The notes under the pieces were generated by a model. It saw nothing but the letters and a program-made list of their open reading frames with translations. It was not told the DNA's origin and made no database searches. From positions 8,060,001-8,124,000 of the forward strand of contig OU015569.1 in the NCBI GenBank assembly GCA_907165135.1: a stretch of DNA of 64,000 nucleotides, given 5' to 3'. The stretch is from Oikopleura dioica. Lineage: Eukaryota; Animalia; Chordata. Made by a program: the position numbers and the translations under genes. Positions 12,397-24,317 of the stretch are shown piece by piece; the stretch's first letter is position 1; each line of letters opens with the position of its first letter.

Positions 12397-12540
12397 TTCG
12401 TTTCACTGCGGTCGCGTAACGAACAGCTGCGGTTTCTCTTATTGTTGAAAGGAAAGCTCTACTTTGTAAGGGACGAAGGTATCCTCGTCTTTTGTATTCT
12501 TAATCGTTGTTTGCCAGTTCATACAAGATAGTAGGAAAAA

Positions 12541-12573
12541 TCATGAGCGCTCGGTGGCGCCACCGTGACGTCA
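12541..12573. promoter_or_regulatory. Chain of abutting palindromes including a CRE (TGACGTCA), ~150 bp upstream of the ATG at 12396
   Basis: TCATGA (12541-46), GAGCGCTC (12545-52), CGGTGGCGCCACCG (12552-65), TGACGTCA (12566-73). Confidence 0.4.
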
Positions 12574-13900
12574 TCTAGTGTGGTTTTCGTCAAAAATTAT
12601 GTGGAAAGCTTGTGGATTCGACATAATGCGCGGCAGACATTGGGGATCAAAGCAATAATTTTTCTCTTCTACTTTCGATAGTGCTTCTATGGCTACAGTG
12701 CCAATTTAAGGCAAGAACGAGGTTGTTCAAATAAAACTTCTTTTTTTTTGCCTAAAGACTGCAAAAAAATAAATCCTACCAGTTTCTCATAAATCTATCA
12801 TTTTTAAGAACGATATTGCAATCAGATTCAAATTTCTTCTGTTCTTTCTTTGCTAGAATCGGGCCAAATAGAGATCTTTCAGCGAGTTGCAATTTTCTTC
12901 AAGTGACTAGATTAACCCCGACCCCTTGGTTAAAAGACATAAGCACCTTCAAGCCGTTTTCTTCAGCTTTTTATTTATTTCGAAAAATAAAAACTATTCG
13001 TTCGAGTGAGCTTTGCGATTATGTTGCGATTTATCGGCAAACTTAATTTAAAATTGAGTTATCAGACGTTCTTGTCTTGACGTTGGCTCGAACAAACCGT
13101 GAAATTATCTTTAGTATACGTCACTATCTTTTTCTTCAAGGATGATTACCTTGCGAAGTTCTTAATGCGAACAATATTTGAAATATTGTATTATTATAAA
13201 ACTTGGTTGCACTGTATTAATTCTGCAAAATAGAAGATATCGTAATTAAACAAGGCGCCTGCTGAATATCAAATTTGCTCAATTCTTGAGAGTTTGTATA
13301 TTTCCCCCATGTGTAGGAAAAATCATATCAAAAGAAACTTGCCCTGAATATAATTGAAATGATGAGTTTTGTAAAATGTATTTTTTATGCGACTTAGAGG
13401 TGAAATTAAAACAAACAAAATTTGGTTGAGTTAAGAAAAACGCCGCATTTCAGGGTCGATAATATAATTTACGCACTTTTTCGTTTTCTTTCATAAACAT
13501 CAAATATAATGGCAGTTTCGGAAATATTAAATGGTGCCAAGAGAAAGCGAATCTGCTCCCAACTGGCTAGTGAGAATTTTATGAATTTGAACTCTCCAGC
13601 TTCCACCTTCGCAAAAGACTGGTTCGGAATTTGCTCACCGGAAATCCCGTTTCAGAACTGGTAAACAGGGCAGGTGATATTTTGGGCACGGTTTTTACGT
13701 AGCATGATACATTCGCGGTTTTAATTCGAAATAAATTAAACACCCTTGCTCTTTCTCAGTTTTGTGAGTTTTGTTATATCCTAACTAACTAACTTGGAGC
13801 CAGTCCAAAATAAGCAAGTGATGCACCTAAATTTTGAGTGCTTATCGAATCCTTTCTCTGCGAAAGAATATTCAAGTCTCGCAGGAGTGAGAAATCGACC
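12571..13900 (-). CDS. Uncharacterised multi-exon protein immediately downstream of ZNF608/609
   Basis: Protein-like open segments between short introns: NGISGEQIPNQSFAKVEAGEFKFIKFSLASWEQIRFLLAPFNISETAIIFDVYERK; KLQLAERSLFGPILAKKEQKKFESDCNIV; EALSKVEEKNYCFDPQCLPRIMSNPQAFHIIFDENHTR*. No family recognised. Confidence 0.4.
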
Positions 13901-13977
13901 GTAAATGAACTTTGAATAGATAAGTTTCGTGGTTTCGTGAGACGTCAACGAGGGTGCGGAATGAAGAACAGTTGATG

Positions 13978-16900
13978 GATTCACTTTTTAGTTGTGCTTG
14001 GATGCAGAGGGCCTAAGGAGAAAAATTATTTTTCGTTTCGACTTCTCTCATACCATAACCGTAACTTGGCAGTCCATGATGTCCCTGAGGCAGCAGCCCA
14101 GGACTCGTGTAGGTCATGTGCGGGTGGACACCGTGTGGTTTTAGAGGAGAACCAGGTCGTGCTGGGTCTCTCGCTAGTCCAGATTTAGTTTCCAGCCTGA
14201 ACATGGACCGTTAGGGACAAACGGACCCTAAGAGTCGGTTTCTGACCTCGGTTTTGCTACCGGTGGTTGGAACGGTGTCGTTGGCAGACCAGTGAGGGGG
14301 AAAGAATAGTGAGCTACTAAATTTTCAGTAATAAATACAACATTTCACTATTTATTACCTGTTGTTGGGACAACAGAGAACCCAGGAATAGCGGGGACAT
14401 GATGGTATTGCCTAGGCATGTACTCGTTTGGTGCGTATGGCATCTGGGCATACGCTGATAGCGGCATCTAAGATGAGTAATGGTTAGTCTTCGTTGTCTG
14501 CATTAATAGTAAATTACCGCTCCAGGACTCGAAACTGAGTGTTTGTCCTTGCCAGACTTTGCTGGAAGTGGCTTTGTTTCTTGTTTTGTAGGTTGGATTG
14601 TAGCCGTTGGTTTGTTTCCGTCTGTCTGGTGACTCTTCGGCCTGGGTCCGAGAGCTGAGTGTCGTTGTTCGGCCTTCTCTGTCTGTGAAAATACTGTTAG
14701 TAAGAGCACGATAAAGCTTGAATATACCTCAACGATCTTTCCATCGTTTTTTGAAGCAAGTTTCCTGGAGTCATCCTTTTTCTCGTCACTAAAAGCAAAT
14801 GAACAAAAAGTTTTCCCTCAGAAATGCTTACCGATTGATGAGAAGATGACTCTTCATGGATGGATTAGAAACTGGGTAATTTGAGTACAGCACAGATGTC
14901 ATCTCTTCCTGCACCTTTGGAATCTTTTCGTCTTTAGCCTTCGCGTTTTGAGGAGACTGAGGAGGTGCTTCGTCACCTGGGTCCGAAATGTCAGAATACG
15001 CAGACGGCGAGACTCTTAATTATTTATTAATCATTTTCGCCCTTAAAAATTTATTCCTCACCTTGCGCATTGACTAGGACTCTCGTTTTCCGGCTTAACT
15101 GGCTGGAATGGGGATGTGGGGCGCCTTTCCAGTTTTGGAGGAATCTCGGCGGCTCCTATCGTTGTCGGCGAAACCTGGCTTCTTGAAGGATCAATGACTA
15201 GGGAAGTGGATGGAACTGCGTTTTGCGCAGTTGGTACGCTAATTGGGACGTTTGGATCTGACTGTACAACGGACGATATAACGGATGGGGCGATTGTACT
15301 CGTTGGTTCGGTGGTCTTCGGCGAGGTGGAATCAGTTGCTGCAGTAGTGCCGTTTATCATTTCCAATCCACTCTCATCTAGGGAGGGAGAAAGTTGGTTC
15401 GGCCTTCTTGGGATGGGCGACGGAGCGTTATTTCCCAAGCTTAGTCCTGGCTTTGGCGTTAACACTGGCATGGGTGGCAGGCTGCTAGCTTGACTAGATG
15501 TGGGTTGTTTCTGAAGGAGCGGTGGCGGTGGAGCCACAACGTTTTCCACGCTTTGGGGGCGACCTAAAGACAAATGTTCTGACTTGCTCAGCTCACCACT
15601 AGATGCTCACCTTTGGAGCCCTTCGTTAAACTTGGCGGCCCAGTTCCACCGTCTTTTTGGTCACTTAATTGGCCCAATGCGGCCAGTCCTAGCGCTGCAT
15701 TAATTTCGTTGTCGCTTTTATCGCCTTTGGAGTTTTCTTGATTTTCTTTTTTATCTTTTTTCTTTTGTTCCTTTTCGGTCTCTGCTGTTTTCCTCCGATG
15801 CTCATCAATGTGATATTGTAAGGCTTCTTGCTTTCTGAAGATAACTTTAAGGTGAATTCTTCCTTGATTTCAGTAGGATATGTGCAGAAGCTCAAAAAAT
15901 ATGACTACGTACAATTTGATGTAAATTTTATCAGCTTATATGAACCCGAAAAGTATCCTAAAATGCGCAACTCAGTCATTTGACATCTTTTGACTATTGT
16001 AAATACGAGAATGTCTACATTGTAAATAACGAGCGTAGTCTCGCAGGTCTTATAATACAACAAAGAGCCCCGTGTTCATTCAATGATTAACTGGTCGATA
16101 AGGCTTAAATTGAAAATTCAAATTAATACTGAAGCACTGATTTTTCCGCGTTGGTGTCCTTGTGTATGAAATTACTTACTTGAACTTTTTATGGCAGTCT
16201 TTGAAATGGCAGGCGAGGGATTGTACAGCTGAGCTCCCTTCAGCCTCCGATTTTTCTTTTTCAGAATTTTCGTGAACTGGCGTTCCCCGCCCATTCGTCG
16301 TTCGGGGTTTTTTTGGTCCAGGTTTACCATTATCTGTATCAGAGTTTGGCTCAGGCTCCTAAATGCGCTCATTATTAAATAATAAAAGATCTATTATCAT
16401 TAAACTGGGTAATGTGGAAGACAATAGGCTATCCTTCACATGGATTAACTGTTGATCCCTATACAAATTTGTCGAACAAAGAGTTATTCACTTCCGCACG
16501 AAAAAGTTCTACGATGCGTAAAATTATCTTTTTGTTTATTTTTCATTGCAAAGAAAGCGATTAATAGTGAAGCGCTCATTCAATATTTGAAAAAGCGAGT
16601 CAAGAAGAAACCCGTCATGAAATAACTTACTCTCTTGTTCTTCCGGCCAGCAACGGGAGCAGTGCCGTTTTCTCCTGGGCGTGAGTTGCGGCTATTCTTT
16701 ACTGGTTTTTGGCGTCCTTTTCGGCGGCCGGGCTTTGTTCCATCATCGGTTTCACCATCGATGCCGAGTCTAAATCGGATGATATAGTTGGATGTTCCGC
16801 GCATTTATCACATTTTCATCGATATTAAACATTAGATAATTATAATAACCTCGGAGGTGCCCAATCATGCTTTGAAGAGTCAAGAAGTGTTCCAATATAG

Positions 16901-19900
16901 CTCCGATTGCGCCAGGTTACATTAACAACGACCATCCCTTAATGATGACATGAGAGAAAGGCCAATATATATGTTCACTGAGCGTGTTACACCAAACGCT
17001 CCGAGTCAGATTAGTTTCGAGAACAACCAGAACCAAACGGGCTCAGGATGTTCCCTTGGGGGAGTTGGTGCCTCAATTCTTAATGAAATTACCATCAGTC
17101 TCATGCCAGATGATACCAGATAAATGCACCTCGGTTCCAGTTTCGCAAGGCGCTAGAATTTCAGCTTCCGTGATTGTCTCCGCGTCCTTTGTAGCCACCT
17201 TCTTAAAATATTATTGAAATTTAAATTCGAAGAAATCGAAGGCGCCGTAGCGCAACACGTCACATGAGGGATGTAGAAAATTGCCTGTAGAGTTCAAATA
17301 CACTACTCAAGTAGAGCGCGTGAGAAAGTGTGATCAAAATTGGAACACAGATTGCCTGAGTGCCCAACTCGACAAACAAATCACTTGAAGCCCGTCTCCT
17401 CAAATACTATTGTGCCTTTAAGAGTCAATTGTCTGCCCACAGTGCGCATAATCATGTCCTAAACGAGCCGCATATATTTTCGCAGCTTTACTGAAGACAA
17501 AATACCGGATTGAGGCCTTCAAGTAGGGATTAAGTTTCGAGTAAATCATTAAAATTGAAAGCCGAGCCGGTGAGAACAGGATCGCTCGTCTATGTCCTCT
17601 TTCGAAAAGAAAAGAAACAAAGTAATTTTATCGATCTTCGTGGACAAATTCTCAGTCGGATTTCCGTAGTTAAATGTTACGTTAGCCATAAGTTGTAGCC
17701 CATAACCTTTTATTGATTTAAATGCTATTCAGAGAGTATACGCCATAAATACGAGTGAGGTGATAAAAATCCATGACTGGGACACAAACAATAGCGAAAC
17801 ATAATTCATTGATTCATTTATTATCACTCAATCGCCATATCCTTTTCAATACCGTTACAATTCGGATATTATCTACTAAAGTGAGAAAAGTACGAGTGAG
17901 ACTTATTGAAGACGATTTCTGTGTCAACATCTAATTTATTCACAATTAAAGTTTAATCCATAACCTTCGCCGTGTTAAATTAATTCATATGTTGGCTGAT
18001 AATTGGCTCCACTTGTCCCATGGGACAAAATCAAAGCTCCTGGTTAAGATATTTTCTGTAGCTCTCCCCAGAGGCACCACTCATCCCTAGTCAGCTTTAA
18101 TTGTAAGTTTAGTATTATCTTTAATGGCAAATAAAAACGCTTCCGCAATCAATCAAGATCGTGCGCAATTAATCAATCATTAACTTAAACCCTGTCGCGA
18201 ATAGACAATTCGGCAAAGGGCGAGAAAAGATAAAACATACAGTTCTATCTAATCGAAAGGGATGCGCACGCTTTGAAGGTTGATCTTAGAAGATCAGATA
18301 TGTTGGCCGAGATACGTCGAGTGGAAAAAAGAGTCTAAGCGAAATTTCTGCTCCGATGGATTATGAGGGGCGACCTCAAATCTTGATTTACAATCGGTTC
18401 TGCTGTAGGGATGAGATAATAAATCGGGTGGGGAGCGCTCAAGTTCACTCTCGTTTTGATAAGAATACATGTTTCGCCATTAATAATGGCCCATTATTAT
18501 TAATTTGCTGCTGGGTATCAGTTTGATCTTTTTATAGGTGGATCACTCTCAAGTGCACTCTCCCGTGAGAGATGAGGTAAACACACAGACACATATCCGC
18601 GGCGATCTTGAGTCGATCTCGATTTGTCTCTGATCTCGGGCTGCGGGCTCTCACAATGAAATAACGCGTGTTTGTTCATTGCACATTGGACTGGCTTACC
18701 TTCTTGGAGTCGGCATTGCCGTCCGTGGCTTTGGGAGCAGATGAACCATTCGCGGCGACCTGCGCCGCGTTCAAGGCCTCTTTTCCGGTAACTGACGTTT
18801 TGTTCTTGGCCTTCGGTGGCACCTGCGGGCCGCCACCAGCTGAGCCAGAATTCTGCGCGGAATTAGGAGAGGCCGAAGCGCCACTTTTCTCACTTTTCTT
18901 GTTCTCCAAGTTACTCCCTGCCACTTCGCCTGAACCCCAGTTTTAAATTTATGGTGTTTGGCGAGAGTACCTTGGCTGCTGGACGTTTTCTTCCTCTTGG
19001 ACGGTGGCGAGGAGCTCTCTACTTGTGCTGCTCTCTGCTCTGCGGTGGGAGTGACGGTCGACGACTTGTTGGAAGATGCACCTTGTGCGCTCGGTCGGTT
19101 TTTCGCCGATTTCAAGTGCGCTGGAGCCGAGTTTTGTTTTGGCTCCCGCATACTCGCGCTCGCGCCGCGTAGGTTACTCCCGCCTGTCCCAACGAAACCG
19201 CCCTTTTGCGCCGCGCTTTTGACCTCAGAACGGGCTCAGAACACGAAATTCTCCGACACCTCAGACTGCACACTTCTGTTACCTATCCCAAATCCCCCGT
19301 GCAAACTGCAGAAAGCCAAATGCCTCGGTAAAATAAGAGAGTTGATCCAAGAATGACGCTTCCCAGACTGAGACAAAAGGAAGATAACATCCAATTTCAG
19401 CACTTGAGATGTTATCCGCTCCCAGCGCGAGATATTTCCCTTAGCTCTATATAATTCCCGAATAAAATTAAATTCAACTATTGCTAGCAATATGAATAAT
19501 ATTCTAAAAGCTTTGAATCATAGACTTAGGAAGGAAATCTTGACTAGACAGGTAATTCTTAATTGAGTATCGAGTTATTTGGGCGAGTTTATCGCGGCTA
19601 TAAAACGAAATTTTATTTTTCTACGCTGTAAAATTAATCAAGCACGAGGTGGCTGTGCAAATATGCGCTCTTGAGAGAGAGTACGCGAAAAAGAGAGAGA
19701 GCCCCTTTTATCTGTTTCGCGTGTTTTACGTCCGGCTATGCATGATTGTGAGCCCGTGCCTTGTGCGCACCATCGCCGTTCTCGAGACCCTTGTTTTGGC
19801 TCTTGAGGGCTTTGGCGTTGTTTGTCGTCTCGTTTTCGTTGTTGTTCTTGGTACTGCCGAAGGCGCTCGCATGGTTCACCTCCTTCTGCTTCTCGACGGC

Positions 19901-20143
19901 GCCTTGCTTCGACTTGCTGGGCTCGTTGACTCCCCCGAGTTCTTGGAGTTCATTTTCTGCGAGCTGCTCAGTTGAGAGTTGTGAGGCCCATCGATTTGCG
20001 CATCGATGTCAATTATGAGCGAACCGACCGCGAACGAACAGCTATCATTCGAGTCCTCGCTGCGATAAGGGTGCCAGATGGTTTTCCCCGTTTTCCACTT
20101 ACTCGTTCTTTCCCTTGGCATTTCCCTACTATGATCGATCGAA
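13978..20143 (-). CDS. ZNF608: ZNF608/ZNF609 (scribbler/brakeless) family transcriptional co-regulator
   Basis: Four family signatures in order: [16 protein letters not shown] (compare IGVGNLIIDLDA, ~20000); [19 protein letters not shown] + [29 protein letters not shown] (16850-17160); a single C2H2 finger split by an intron, [11 protein letters not shown]|[11 protein letters not shown] (16180/15830); and [10 protein letters not shown] (~14985-15015). The first exon(s) probably lie further upstream and the final exon is approximate. Confidence 0.9.
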
Positions 20144-23100
20144 AGCAATAAAAGGCGCTCAAGGCACAGGAAGCTAATAATAGAGCTTTTTACTCTAATT
20201 GATCCATCCTGTCATCAAACACAACAGTAATAGTTCTCGCGCTCCTACCTACAGATATTATTCCGCAGATATCGAAAGAAGAAAGATGTTGCGAGTTGAT
20301 GGTATCGCCATCATTTGTCTAGACGCTTTTAGTTGCCTCTGCGCTAGATCGAATAAAAAGCTCTAAAAGGGGATAGGGGCTGGACTGACTACCTCAAAAG
20401 TAGTCTTAATAAAGCGGGTTTTCTTTTTGTTTCTGTTTAATATCTGAGCACGGTCCACACATCTTGAGCGAAACAGTGATCTGCCCGCCCCTATGAAGGA
20501 AGAATCGATTTTGCGTGTGAGCGACATAAATCGTCAGAGCCTGATATTTTCAGCCAGGAAATTTGAATAAAAAATGGAAACCGAATAATTAAGATAAAAA
20601 TAAAGAGAAAGATAGGCTAGCTAACAGTTTAAGAGGCCCTTGTCGCTTATTCAATAACCATAAATGGTAGAGCACTTCTTTCTTTTTGTTTTTCTAATCA
20701 CATTTTGAAATAAGGGAAGATCAGGGCGGAAGTAAATAGAGCTTGACCTGCTTAGCCGAAAAGAAATACTCTTGGCGTGCTCAAGTGGACTTAGAAATCG
20801 TGCATCAAAGCGTAAATCAACGTGCTCGCGGTTTATTTATATTGCAAGAGATAAAATGTAACTTTATGACGTCGTAATATTAAGTTTATCGACTTCAGAG
20901 GTGATTTATGGGCGCAGATGGTACTACTCCGTGAATTATACTAAGAACGAGGTCTCTTCTTAAAGGCTTTTAAAGATAGATTCATCTGACTACGCATGTT
21001 CTCGGCAAAGAGTACATCGCTTCGTAACCTATTTTTATCCTACGTGCCAAAACACGAGATCCATTTTCCTTTTATTTTGTATCCGTTATCCACGAGATTA
21101 GGATTTGGCCCGGTGGTGTTTTCGGAGCGAGCGCACCACACCATTTTTTGTACTGTATGGTGCCGAGTCTGGTGGAAATGCCCCCAAAGTCTAGTACTCG
21201 TACAATGCCGAGAGAGCTATAATCGGGTAATCTTTCTTTTAGCTGCATCGAAATAACTAAAAAGTGATTAGACGGCGGTTCTTGGTGCTACAGATGCTCA
21301 ACAGTCAACCCACGCGGGTAACTCAAGATGGGACGCCCCTGTTACTGTATCTAACACAAATAAAGCCACAAGACGTACCCTCTGACGAGCACGAGGAAGG
21401 GTAAGATTAACACTACTGTGCGCGTGGGGTCAGAGGTTACCCACAAAGGCTGACCTGATCAGGACCTGCCAGCACTTGCCAAATTCGCTTAATTCTCACA
21501 ACGCAGCGCAAATTACGCTGTACCGGCCTTCGATAAAATCCCTATTCTGCAGAAAGGAAAATTAACAAACGAATAAAAGCGAGCCCTTCAAAAATGTTAT
21601 TTTTTGGGAACGTATAAAATGTAAAGGAAAGTTTTTCGGGGCGATCGTTATTGCTGAAAATCAAATTTTTTTCTTGTTTTGATTAAGGTCAATAAAACTG
21701 GCACCCAAGCCTATCACTCATCGAGCCGATATCCGTTCTGATAGCAGATCATCATTTAAACTTGGCTTTGTGGTAATCTGAAAGTATTAAAAACATAAGT
21801 TTCTTTCCATTTTCTCGAGAGATAGCATATCGGCGAATTATCATAATCGCAAGCATTCCTTCTAGCGTCAAGAAAAAGATGGATCCCTTTCAATTTATTA
21901 AGCGACTTGATAATAAGCCTATCTTATCGAGTGATAACACGTTGCGTCTGGCCGAAAGAGAAGTTCCACAGTTAATTTTACTTTTATTGGCAAGTTTTCT
22001 ACTAAAACTGAAAGCGCTTTGAATAAGTGGCCGCGCGCGCTGTGAATAGATTAAGGGTTGACGGGAGTTATTACAGTATTTGATCTCTTTGACTTGGTGT
22101 AACGCGTCATGTAGTTTTGGATGAGTCCGAGTTGAGCTGAGCGCGGCGCCCGCGAGCAAAATCGCCCGCCGGCAGCCCGAAATTGCGATAGACGGACACT
22201 TACTGGAGAAAATACTGTCTCTGGCACAACCTGTAATTATTCATGTCCGCTATAAGGGAGGATGAAGACGCAGTGAAAGCACCCATATAAGCTAATAACT
22301 TAATTAATCTAGTCGCGAATTCAGCAATAAATCGCATCGTGTTTTGAAAAAACCTTCTTTCGGAGGATGACTGTATAAAACTGTGTTTTGTTCGTAATTT
22401 TACCTTCAACGGGTGATTTTCAGTGGATCTTCTTCAATAAGCTCTCTAGGTTCCTTTTTCTTGAATAATCTCTCTGGTTTATCAAGTTGATGAAACGTTG
22501 AGTGGTTCAAAACGGCCAGTTCAACGTCTATTCGAGCAAAATAGATTTCTCAAACGCCAAAAAGGGCAAGAAAAGTGAAATAAGCTGAAAAAACGAGGGG
22601 CGCCCGAGAGCAGAATGAGAGCAGCGAGCAATCTGAGACTCCTCGGGCTCCGTAATCGCGCTCCAGTCTCTTCCGTTGTGGACCGAACTTCACCCCTCAG
22701 GCATCTTAGGCACACTCCACACTTCTTTGGCGTCCCTGGCAATTTAAGAGCCGAACAGTTGCGGATGCTGCGCTTCTTGATATCGTCACGTTAAAAACTT
22801 CTGTGCTATCGAGTCGGTAGTATCGACGTTGAGAATTTTAAGTAAGCAACTTTCACTGTATCCAAGGAAGATCGGCTGGCTTTGCTAGACTTTTTGCGTG
22901 GAGCAAATAAATTTCGAGTTAAGAGAGTTAAGTAATGAGCTGTCACACGTATCTCCCAAAAAACAAATTGACTCTAGCAGAATGAGAATGACAACACCAA
23001 CTGATAAACAGTCGATAGCGACGTCCTCGAACCTCTTATTCATTTGTTAAATTTCATCTTTTAGAAGCGAAGGGGGATTTTTCAATTGTTTTGCTTGACT

Positions 23101-24317
23101 TTTGAAATAGCGGGAAGTGTACTCTGGAACTGGGAGGAAGCACAAAAGTTCAATGATTTTATCGTTATGCGATGAATACTAAATTACACATATTTGCCAT
23201 GCGCGGTTTGTTTGAAGTTGATTGCCCTACAAATATGATCTCGAGTTTGCCCCTAGATATCCGCTCCTTGTCAAATTTAACTCACGACAAAGAGGTTTAC
23301 GAGTTCTCATAAAGTTTTCACTCAGAATATTCACAAACAGCGGCTCTTTCTCCCTCCCAAAATGTCGCTGTCAAAGTTCATTCATCGCTGCTTTGTGCGT
23401 TTTTATATTAGCTAATTTAGCGCTAGTTTTTTTTTTTGCTTTTCGGGCGCGTAGTAATTACTACTCACGTGAAGTGGGGCGATGTGATGGAAGTCAGTGG
23501 GCGCCTGGCGTTGCTTTGAACCTGGTGAACGGTTGGCAGCGCGCCAGACCGCATCATGAGCCCTTCTCCTCCTCCGCCCAACGCCACCGTTGGGAACTGT
23601 TACGCACCCTCTCGAAAGCGCCTCGCGTAGTACCGCGCCTCGTCTCAATCCGATTACTTAAAAGCTGCCGTTTTGTCCTTGTTCAGTCGCATTGCTAGTA
23701 GCACCATCTTGCCCAATTTATACAGTATATAATATACTGGATATTTGGACAGTTCGATTGAATATCTGTCTGATTGGTAAGGTGCTTTGTTAGAACGCGT
23801 CATTAAATTATTGTCCCTTTGAGCAAGCTGCGGGGCGATTACTCTCACTCTCCTCTCGAGCACGGCGCACAGTAATCCGGCCCCGTTTCCCAGCGCAAAT
23901 AGTTTTAACGAGACAAATAGCTAGCAAACTACCCAACTCCCGTAGCCAGAACAAAACATAAATCTCATAAAACGCCTAAAATTAGCAAAAATTGAAGATA
24001 ACTATTATAATTCTTCTTCCTATCTATAAATCAACGATCAAACGTTCGAGCGATAGACAAAGAGCACTATTATAAACCGAGCTCTCGAGCCGACCCAGTT
24101 AACCTGTCGAGGACCCACCGGAACACTCAACCGTGAAGAGCACTAGAATGCCGATTCAGCTAGAATCGAAATTGTCTAGAGAGCGGCAAGCCGAGAAGAG
24201 TTTGCACTACTCGTGAAGGTTGAGGACCGCGCTCGCGAGCGCTATCCTGTCGTCTTGAACATTTATTTAATAAAAAGTCACGGTTCCGCTCATAATCCCC
24301 ACAGCAGCCGTATTATT

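Noticed and set aside
18079-18087. ACTCATCCC, matching the start of the Oikopleura spliced leader as recalled
   Set aside because: Only 9 nt match and the following sequence diverges, so this is not an SL RNA gene.
18481-18499. Short perfect hairpins (TAATAATGG-C-CCATTATTA; also CAGTATAT-A-ATATACTG near 23724-23740)
   Set aside because: Stems of 8-9 bp in AT-rich DNA are expected by chance, and there is no TSD or miRNA-length stem.
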